A DNA stretch of 21,078 nucleotides from Seison nebaliae (Eukaryota), in contig JALJEE010002181.1 in NCBI GenBank assembly GCA_023231475.1, positions 62,001-83,078 of the forward strand. The letters are read 5' to 3'. The notes beneath the pieces are model-generated. The model did not search any database. It had not been told where the DNA came from and was given only the letters and a program-made list of their open reading frames with translations. Below are positions 12,701-17,717 of this stretch, in pieces (position 1 is the first letter of the stretch; each line of letters opens with the position of its first letter). The position numbers were made by a program, and so were the translations under genes.

Positions 12701-15700
12701 CAGACAACGGGACGACGATGGCAGAGTATCGAAAATAATATTTATATTTTATCCGATCATTTAGTGAAATATCGAGAGATTGGAATAAGAACAAAAATCG
12801 AGAATGAAATGAAATTTCGATTCTTATCACAATTACGACAAAGAAGATTATGTTTATTGGATCGATATATCGATCAGGATTATGGATGGAATAATGTCAT
12901 TTGGAATCATCGAAATCGAAGTGGTATACGAAATTTCATTGATGAATTATCTGTCTCAAAAATTAATTTACCGATAATAGCAATCAACAATAATCAGTTG
13001 ATGGAAATCATTCGAGAACGATTCAAATCATTAATGAATTGTATCAATACTTATGATTGTGATTCGATTTATACTTCTTTGGAAATAAAAATGTTAGAAA
13101 AGAATATGAAGAATTTGTTTCTGTGGCAGAAAGGTAAAATTTCGTTGAAGAAGAAAGGAAGATTTTATATAAAATTGATTGATGAGAATCGATTATTTAA
13201 TATACAAAAACTAATTGAAAAATCCATCAACAATTCCATACAATATCAATTGAATAAATTGAAGAATTCACAAATAGATTTATGTCTCACCAGTATTCTC
13301 AATGACGTTCTTTATGAAATTAATCCTAAAAATTTCTTGATTCGATCTATTTCCAAGAATGAAAAGGAACATATTGATATGAGAATTCAACGAAATAATG
13401 GAATCGTTCTGGAAATAGAGAATGCTCAAATCGATTTACCAGAAGAAGCAAATTTCGAAATTTTCATTTATCAACATCGATTTTGTTGTTTCAATATCGA
13501 ATTTGAGAAGAGAGATGATTATCGATCGAATAAATTGAAAATGTTTCATGAATCGAATATTATTCTGGAATCATTTTGTATGGATAAGAAGTTATTTGAA
13601 AATCAATTAAATCAATTAATTCAACAATATATTGGTCGTGTTTGTCTGATAAGAATTAATAATTTTAATGAATTCTCAATTAATCATAATTCATTCATCG
13701 ATATGCATGTGAAATGTGAAGAAGTGAAAATGAGAAATATCAGTCGAATTGATCAATTCTCATCGAATATCATTCGAACGATCACTATCGTTGAGATGTT
13801 AAAAGAGATTTTAAGTATGACTAAAAATAAAAATTTCAATTTAATTGAACAATCTCAATTGTCGTCGATTGGAAATGGAAAGAAGAAGGATGAAAATTTT
13901 GAACAATTGTTCGATTATCGTTTCCTTCGATATCATGTCGATATATCTAACATTTTAACATCCATATCATTCAATGGAAATAATTGTTCTTTCAATAGTT
14001 TATCGTGGAAGGAACCGTTGATTCAAATCGAAGATATTACATCTAATTCCATTACACTTCCTCAATTGACGTCGATTATCAGAAATGAATTAACACCCGA
14101 CTCATTCGGTACTATCATTACTACGTCTCATATCATGCTCCACACCAAACTAGTCGACCAAGCATTACCTCTTTTCTATACCACGGCGAATGATGGAGAA
14201 ACGATAAAGAAACAATTCAATATTCCACCAAACGGAAATATTCATAATAATAATTTTTTGAATCATCATTTCAAGTTCGTTCTCCAACTCAAATTTTCAG
14301 ATAATAAACTACACGAAAGATTAAGTAATACACTTCCTCTTCTTCTATATCTGACTCAATCGACTATGCCACCGAAGATTAATCCAATCATTTTCCAATG
14401 TCGATTATTGGAATCGATAATTGTCGATTTTTCTCTTGTTCATTCGAATGAAGCTGGTGAACGATATCATAAGATTCTGATTGAAATTCAATTGATCTAT
14501 CGAGAGAATATCGGAATGGAATTTCAATTAATTTTCTATTCGTCAACCAAACCTGATATTCCATTTTATAAAGAATATTTGTTAATCGAAGATGAAATAT
14601 TTTTAAATGTTCAATTGGAAAAGAAAAATATCATCAAACTTCATTTGCCATTACAAGTTCGATTGAAATTAAATTTTCTTATTCGTCATCAAAACGAGAG
14701 GAATACCGTCGAATATTTTGTGGATCGCTTCAATCTACAAACACGACTTGCTGTGGGTAATCGATGGTTCGAATTGTCACCTGTAAATATATTTATACCG
14801 ACATCGACGTCGTTTAATGGAAATAAAAAATTCTCTCAGATCGATATAAATAATCCTCTCATCATTCTCCTACATCATCAGCCTATGCATTTATTGAATA
14901 ATATTGGAACGGTTCTCTCTGAAGTGCGATATGATATTATTCAATTATCATTAAATAATTATCAAATAAACCTGTCGAACGGTATTGTGGAGAATGAAGA
15001 TTATAATATTCATATAAAGAACGATGTGAATGAGTTGGTGTTAAATCGAATGTCATTTGAATCATTCCTATCAATAATTCCCAAATTTCAAAATGAAGAA
15101 ATCGGTTTATTTAAATCCATGCCAAAATTGATAGAATCCATCATTACGTCCAATACGAAAAGAATGACCGATTCTGTAATTTGCATCTGTCAAATTTTAG
15201 TCGAAACAAAATATTTTTCTTCTAATTTTCCAAATAAGATTGAATCGATCGTCTTTGAAATCGAATCTCCATTTGCTAAAGAATGTTCTATCAATATCTG
15301 TCCAAGTTCCTCCGATTATTTATTATATTCAATTTATCTCAAACAACTATACAAAGAACAACGAACTAAATCGAAAGAATTATTGACATTAAATAATTAT
15401 ATTTTAGGTCTCAATCCTTGCTATTCATCTCCTTGTCTAAATCATGCTTTATGTCGACTACAACATACGATGAATGATACGAATTATGTTTGTATTTGTG
15501 CTGGTGAATTTACAGGAATAAATTGTGAAATATCAAGTAATCGTTCAATTCAATCATATTCCATGTGCTACAAATGGAGGAGTATTTTCACCATTTGTTT
15601 CTGTCATCGAACAACTCTCAATCCAACTTCATCCTATTACCATATTATAACAAATAAAGATGATAATCAAATTCAATGTTACAAAAGTGAAAATGATTAT

Positions 15701-16558
15701 TTTCGATTACTAATACAACAACTCTTGTCAATCAACAACATTTGGAGATCATCTTATAAGAATAATGGGAATTATTTCAAAAATTTCCTACAGACACCTG
15801 ACAACACTTTTCCCATCAGTTTTGAATTCTCATTTAAAAACACTCGATTTCTTCTTGCTTGTTTCGTCGTCGTTATTATCGTCATTTGTGCAATTTTAAC
15901 GACATTATGTGTGGTATGTTGTCGTCGTCGAAAGAAGGAGGAAATGAAGAGAACGTCCGATTCGACTCCTTATGAAGAAAGTGAAATACGAGAACAACAA
16001 ACGAATTTATTGTCAAATCAGATGAATCAAAATAATTTATTGAAAGTAGATTTCGAAGAGAAATTCACTTCCCCATTTCCATCCACAAATCATTGGGAAT
16101 GTTCATCACTACAATTAGATCAGAGACAAAGTAACAATTCTCCCAATTCCAGCGATCTACCCAACACAACAACATCTACCTGTGACGAAATATTACCAAC
16201 TATTCGATATAATGCAAAAAATCCATTAATTCGTTCATATGAACAAAATCGACGTCGGACAATACGACCAATCAGTCGTATCTATTATCCCAATATTCCC
16301 ACATTCTCTGACAACAATCAATATTTTCAGACGATGCATTATAATGAAACGGTGAAATATTTGAAAATGAATCGGGCGAGTTTGAGCGATGCTGAACCGG
16401 CACACCATCGTCACGATAGTCGACGACAATACTCACAAATTTACACGAATCCCAATCATGAATCAATGATTGCTCAAACCGGGATTGATGAGATGAATTC
16501 GTCATTCGATGACGAATTACGAGGAAAGAAGACGAATAAAGAATTTACAGATATTTAA
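776..16558 (+). CDS. Giant, apparently single-exon Fat-like atypical cadherin (5260 aa), most resembling the FAT1-3/kugelei subfamily; highly divergent
   Basis: Signal peptide MKWFLFFLFLSYLPTNLLS. N-terminal cadherin motifs KFTSNKFNFYIYEN, LNRE, NILDKNEKSP, SIDSDDGIN, DSNSGIL. Intact repeats DVNDNPPKF...LNEHSNIGT...FSIDSTTGQL...LDYE...NLNDNHPKF...IDYEK. EGF-like domain, then TM helix followed by RRRKK. No classical beta-catenin-binding motif seen in the tail. C-terminal T-x-I motif. Length is typical of Fat proteins. Confidence 0.85.
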   Translation: MKWFLFFLFLSYLPTNLLSIDIQLRINESVSIRQFYRRQHERRRFFPTNKDRKRSPSIALAPSTSLASSLSSYFAHKRNHSNILRRNQKSIVEFPLNFIENGYHQSRLSNLLQIQLTDQLKSTIKFTSNKFNFYIYENTIDKDIFTLPALSIKSENLGNFLKLPSNDDDQSVSFISLSNENLFDKTFENIKFSFTNIDFYQHLIEHQLNYKITLKIEEFTNSHPNEKFDEEILLKILPNECSCTKSFHLHQMDKKNIFNFKSVNSTCPSIYQNFQVKFDLSRKQSIFGLNREYRKEYKKRYHMKILFEPFIILRCSSTNVHENFWNEFGIIDKRVDSYYWLKLKTIQINSETIKVNINILDKNEKSPIIDYRHMMTLNHQLYQLTSSFENEERQIIVMIPILLENYLVNDDEETSILLNHKQILYQIVSIDSDDGINSEKVYQIKSYSQFSYKLENEWISSLCEQLIDIDSNSGILKFYKTFLKNSQLIPDDNDIFDIRCIIEVNDKRTYFNSLTNEKLSNSKSSKLSNQKPDNIALLHFVFSYDLPTIELMKFEKIINFQIYFKTQLTNVQFPQLCCTVLLSFNENFQNSQLEVNRRMENDGKSLIFPVSISDLLIIRRQSNLNELKEDSVIFFKICYLNTRSICSKFTSTINEFNLIEKKIQLPIQSPILQIPLEKYTNYNYEKLRQRRSIDGNDRLLDKIDISQIKVNCPLNMKKFFCIFSGKKMRKIFYERTEEHMQFYNDIFQVSLNEIGEYFLQLLPLRFTRNFLSLFYNRRHIRRQIRRQLTLFNELKENDIINESNALKKLLIALHTGVYKQIRLNLLLSIGCMGESENFYEASINICSTQNFNSIRSNFLIQPFSIKIRRTSFNLDVEYSEKVKLKIKMMERNRFELDAKFILSENYNRWITTVQDTQRSFKLSNDVRHEESIRYELEQYRSLNPFDGIMEMKENVLYLYNNSIQLTCISMEHSSSLYDKWLFSVDRLHVNRIRQFVVIFQSNSSCAFQVFKHISLYSAFQRIIRPCFRLLNKEMIITHNFINRCLTNKELVKEKNYENQKLLIIKDDKIKYHHQLAIKKKQESHCEKIFVNKNLVGEFHFKISSNKKFIMKFNNNNWRLIHSPTVVNEKCFLAEFLNLFILISNTNKSKESLQTFQPSQIYEHFFSIDTIENKTLFEWTIGHCEKFNGKIISDNSNVTEYFENESLKLKVKKSLMNLSVGRRYFEKISLICSTTNPLSIDENEIVHLNIIHNIVSLFNYLRYFLFHNDECGKEFDDYEKLFYRNFFFVKSNRSTNIFGDIYERLCGIEKIFKEDWMNNLIEIKFSSTDIDYKDNGLLNFKGNGNVFDISMKNSLPSPQLTIFQLKYIIVEEVEELENLKKEMTKVRKLTFYLSFIELTKSYFDELNIDEIGRIDHDFQLIIQFLNTKIIVREKLFDLSFEYLDFRPVSIMKLKVKEFLRFLKFNQLDLFHMMHINIIQFQLFLLNQKTMIIDYEYHLTIYLLNEARYNNIQLFLINNEDNNNIHRYNDTTTIDLWKSNNLNDLLSISLGSYIYQKLGLLTTDNYIINHSQQSFDNQLPIALLNYEISEINSNSSLPGISIENSHLQIKGYRQGFVKLKIHTFYNKLLTPYKYLNSLSNEWSDSIELNKNISHYLTMVLHFHENRYLKNSRFLGTKSEIDCIHQQRINERFAEFSTSLISISCEVDNFNTNYDEIYEEDYQLKCLWSLKEKMLIYHIQSREWIIATTSNYFYIHPITSKIRIVHSLGLNYLHFSKTNLTIIGHCENGNRYNKIIPIIIIKYDQITSLSLAKTNTPSSIAISYHIIESGSLQFSELSCQFNSMINTTNFRIFNQNFICFNEIFSNCQDPLHLVAIETNSTEKFKRILLNIFLIHQNRLCLNISLNSNIFHEYDQNSCFIYEYFQFFKQSISIVIEQNSMNYRLHFNTKQIDELLLNSILRPFISNKNLLNSCKNLCRLNLSNKNNDNFPILLIMKRSLQTTMRLSQIEIICRFESNRILKFNKMTIDLKSHYLTSYQFNNSNHFTIKLNNSTVDHMNMMVRLKNVHGYLKKLFNLIQFNFTIIFIPLKELNGMEMFSQYNSISNIVNGRVKYKRMLFYSQSYFSPDKSSQYDIDNELNLKSFIPYYYLKCHSTFIYSNFQCQLITMIDNNLIENFEFQSIFQSSQELTLKIVSETRSNSHGNSFRIEFLERNLIEIQLIDRSICSSQQLLKFQLEISQKFHQQFIQFVWKLLYENFDIVIDDNFKLSPIDVYQKHEFFLECFQISPVSFQNQILNTKFYFYSTNSLDSCLSTVDCTGHKIEQYKKCFKNPTNESCQLLIILHNFPDNIIKMQCNPFIFSYDDCESLEKWKESKGFNQFLLQFYFKSISNISRVSIKNCYDNCEFDSNSIVSLKTKEMDYRSSNGFCSIDDIWNIINSHSSIRLNERNELCTKNFCIQISDDKLDNRTIYSFDVINTDVIQDSTNEIIFSNSFLTTIKLFKRFTIVQKTPKINSSNQSQQTDNIEWIFNGNLMKIKSRKNKKVLENNMNIRIDNEISIHKIRRSKREIDKQTPEKPFYRLNGKDNDFIIQNNCSQMIRIHKTSNHLLLNVSHLFLLNNLIICKLKTINLRNYKKTKNFEISFRNLETLDINMKEEFIITNSILYRINNSLMIIDTNRLFEELNYLTSDRKEYLELVQTEYVRMKTENIQHIFKLINGQLLLIIDKLTELYENYCDKKFHFQEITQLIFNSIFTNSDEIDSQIKIIISILPQYCKKNEEINLKFHLSSNQQFFWLNQLNFENVNIDGTFTDYRLEKKPMENILLEKNMLNFVNDLPTSEISVKINRIISIQPNDEDIIIIDERKFDLRFVPENSMEQSVMNECSQTLQHNRLEYRLIDIDILSRNDNQFKISIFDCLDDNCHGPYIDWFNEKSSEIYIPNIYSDKIIFDECISDFHDVFQLKFELNNFTLKVGHEELMELLMEENVRCSIILKNMNLCQEKIYEIEFNRKRFNKRQLTSLSETNVIYMNHIQLAKKSSCNSKEEDIEIELNYNELLENDIVKSSISFYMFDCQSNQFINQFPFLMNVTKIELEVKNEVSFESRLKLFLYQFLPIHHTNILNILYYRIKNIINRLRCVDTFFQFPLNNENMIDILINIEKMNCSGEINNFSLELNSLNSFNIRFPTISLDAQNNLNEKIYKFHHFLNLTKIVQLETYSIIEGKFMEKMDKGQYYSNVDSSSTVSKIVMDIESNIPHQFLTFLPLINNRSTDFYYLECVEDEKIILKLDNDQQKKLNELFQVIFMKQNKLSISYDEFEFDDFFNENFKLIKRQLKLKENQKKLTFRLMGKKLMRYLYEIPSMEQISGVVPLSIRFTGKRNLKMMVNMDNMGDMEELFIKNQSIDYRYNLNIDYPSIFQISTKGNLLKKDSSNNIEIFLREFDSINYDDYSDNNFGILQFDVNPQFSGTGEISSIFPKIFYNLKLLNKTISINMHKVVLRRRNDHQKLNHENHDKFFNLLKFDESALLKIFFNQSHLLEELYDAESIKEIEINFKYFMKFSYLINFTYDDKLLQSLFETKEIFFDIVLKMKLIDVNDNPPKFQEHFTRLQLNEHSNIGTEIIQLTANSSDIDEMNNIITYRILEVYRRTAYSKLSYSLDIPANDTSFFHNELISPFSIDSTTGQLVVSNNDSLDYELPKTMNLQWIGKSSIFVIVVEASESEKLKDTTNLFVEILNLNDNHPKFIVDGNLIKLEIDEIVPTFQNNFKIFQFKEHEHVMDMDRIGNNSIGKQLSPFYFSIVTVKPAEASQHFHIRSENSLSQNGIVGELMLKKAIDYEKIPFFQLVIEVKNFRNEIIESVSNKLTFYILINNRRDEKLRLSLSQSNVCMKFDDINELHHDLLSIKIIDIDLEAERRFFNLMENSLSEKIISTCQINCYKNYLYPYCIMDSDFFHVQIQSGNNDVTFITSIHRPMNKSEPEIHLQTTGRRWQSIENNIYILSDHLVKYREIGIRTKIENEMKFRFLSQLRQRRLCLLDRYIDQDYGWNNVIWNHRNRSGIRNFIDELSVSKINLPIIAINNNQLMEIIRERFKSLMNCINTYDCDSIYTSLEIKMLEKNMKNLFLWQKGKISLKKKGRFYIKLIDENRLFNIQKLIEKSINNSIQYQLNKLKNSQIDLCLTSILNDVLYEINPKNFLIRSISKNEKEHIDMRIQRNNGIVLEIENAQIDLPEEANFEIFIYQHRFCCFNIEFEKRDDYRSNKLKMFHESNIILESFCMDKKLFENQLNQLIQQYIGRVCLIRINNFNEFSINHNSFIDMHVKCEEVKMRNISRIDQFSSNIIRTITIVEMLKEILSMTKNKNFNLIEQSQLSSIGNGKKKDENFEQLFDYRFLRYHVDISNILTSISFNGNNCSFNSLSWKEPLIQIEDITSNSITLPQLTSIIRNELTPDSFGTIITTSHIMLHTKLVDQALPLFYTTANDGETIKKQFNIPPNGNIHNNNFLNHHFKFVLQLKFSDNKLHERLSNTLPLLLYLTQSTMPPKINPIIFQCRLLESIIVDFSLVHSNEAGERYHKILIEIQLIYRENIGMEFQLIFYSSTKPDIPFYKEYLLIEDEIFLNVQLEKKNIIKLHLPLQVRLKLNFLIRHQNERNTVEYFVDRFNLQTRLAVGNRWFELSPVNIFIPTSTSFNGNKKFSQIDINNPLIILLHHQPMHLLNNIGTVLSEVRYDIIQLSLNNYQINLSNGIVENEDYNIHIKNDVNELVLNRMSFESFLSIIPKFQNEEIGLFKSMPKLIESIITSNTKRMTDSVICICQILVETKYFSSNFPNKIESIVFEIESPFAKECSINICPSSSDYLLYSIYLKQLYKEQRTKSKELLTLNNYILGLNPCYSSPCLNHALCRLQHTMNDTNYVCICAGEFTGINCEISSNRSIQSYSMCYKWRSIFTICFCHRTTLNPTSSYYHIITNKDDNQIQCYKSENDYFRLLIQQLLSINNIWRSSYKNNGNYFKNFLQTPDNTFPISFEFSFKNTRFLLACFVVVIIVICAILTTLCVVCCRRRKKEEMKRTSDSTPYEESEIREQQTNLLSNQMNQNNLLKVDFEEKFTSPFPSTNHWECSSLQLDQRQSNNSPNSSDLPNTTTSTCDEILPTIRYNAKNPLIRSYEQNRRRTIRPISRIYYPNIPTFSDNNQYFQTMHYNETVKYLKMNRASLSDAEPAHHRHDSRRQYSQIYTNPNHESMIAQTGIDEMNSSFDDELRGKKTNKEFTDI
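11534..12390 (+). other. Best-conserved cadherin repeats (about 2 complete EC domains with Ca2+-binding motifs)
   Basis: DVNDNPP (11534), E in LNEHS, SDID, LDYE (11831), NLNDNHP (about 11960), DMD, IDYE (12254). Confidence 0.9.
15413..15529 (+). other. EGF-like domain
   Basis: NPCYSSPCLNHALC...YVCICAGEFTGINCE: 6 Cys with C-x-C-x5-G-x2-C spacing. Confidence 0.92.
15848..15922 (+). other. Transmembrane helix with Cys cluster and basic stop-transfer
   Basis: FLLACFVVVIIVICAILTTLCVVCC followed by RRRKK. Confidence 0.92.
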
Positions 16559-16592
16559 GGGAATTTTCATTTTTTTTCTTTGTTATTTCCAA

Positions 16593-16598
16593 AATAAA
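16593..16598 (+). terminator. Polyadenylation signal of the cadherin gene (second AATAAA at 16636..16641)
   Basis: AATAAA about 35 nt after the stop, followed by T-rich sequence. Confidence 0.6.
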
Positions 16599-17089
16599 AG
16601 TTTTCATTTTTATTTATTTCGAATACTTATTTTCGAATAAATTATTTGATATCGCCGAACTATAATAAGTCGTGATGATGTTGATTGATACATCATTTTT
16701 ATGATGTTGAAATAATTGAAATGCTAAATTGAGTAATCATAAAGTTAGTTGGAATAATAATATAAATAATATGGAATAAAAATGGATAATTATGAGTTTT
16801 TATGGTCCTACTAAAATGTCTTTGATGAGATTGTATTAGAAACCGTGCTCCGAATTACGAGTCTTCGTACTACGTGACATTTCTTGGGGAACTCTTAAGA
16901 GAACCGTTCGATAATCTCTCAACGACTATATTGACATTCATCATATTTAATATCAATACTGTCAATAAACATTAAACTTTAATATAATGTCATGAAACAT
17001 GTTAAAAGGGATGACGCCTTAGTCTTGCTAAGAAAATTCGTTTCAAAATAAAAACTGAAGTTCCTTCCCCAATCCTAGTTCCTTTCGGA

Positions 17090-17646
17090 ATGATTGTTTT
17101 ATTAATCTCATTCTTAATCGTCTTACAATCGACTCTCGTTAAACTTGACAACTCGACAGAAGCTAAATTTGAACCGACACAAGACAAGCCGTGCATCTTT
17201 CCATTTCCATATAACGGTCGATGTTATTCCGAATGTACATACGATGGTTATGACGAAAAAATTCATACTTGGTGTGCAATTGAAGTTCCTTTAGTGAGTG
17301 GAACAGCTTTCTGGCGTTTATGTCAAGGTTATTACCTAATACTAATCTTCAATTTGAATTTAATCTTAAATTTTTATTTCATTTATTCTCTTTTATAGGA
17401 AAAGATCATGGAATAACACCCAAATCAGATGTGCCAAAATGTTTCTTTCCATTCCTCTATCAAGGACGTTGTTACAACGAATGTATTCAATTACCTGGTG
17501 AAAAGACTACATGGTGTTCAGCAAAACCGGTTTATCAAAGTGTCAGAGATCGTCAACCATGTATCGAATCATCAGCGAAACATTATCCTTTCAATTTCCA
17601 TCAGATGATTTTCTGTCTTCTTCTTTTATATTTCTCCGGCAAATAA
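17090..17646 (+). CDS. FN2 gene 1: signal peptide + 2 FN2 domains + putative GPI signal, 161 aa; join(17090..17327,17399..17646)
   Basis: Domains CIFPFPYNGRCYSECT...WC...WRLC and CFFPFLYQGRCYNEC...WC...QPC. A GT..AG intron (17328..17398, 71 nt, phase 1) joins the two ORF-track frames in frame (CQ-G-KDHG). C-terminus SSAKHYPFNFHQMIFCLLLLYFSGK. Confidence 0.85.
17328..17398 (+). other. Spliceosomal intron, 71 nt, phase 1
   Basis: AG|gttatt...ttctcttttatag|GA; removal restores the frame. Confidence 0.85.
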
Positions 17647-17717
17647 CATTCAGATTTTTGTAGATTTTTCTTCCACAGTTTATTGATTTTAAAAAAAATA
17701 TTTCTTTTGATAATTAG

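Noticed and set aside
3712..16505. Short alternative-frame and antisense ORFs inside the cadherin (3712, 5711, 9459, 9798, 16235, 16272)
   Set aside because: 62-77 aa shadow ORFs with no motifs, expected within a 15.8-kb CDS
16672..16740. GTGATGA box C-like motif suggesting a C/D snoRNA
   Set aside because: No CTGA box D or terminal stem at a suitable distance
16840..16925. Slightly GC-richer intergenic patch with small hairpins (TACGA-gtct-TCGTA, CTCTTAAGAG)
   Set aside because: Stems of about 5 bp only; no tRNA, snRNA or SL-RNA features recognised; an Rfam scan would be needed
17002..17196. 64-aa minus-strand ORF
   Set aside because: Antisense shadow of FN2 gene 1 exon 1
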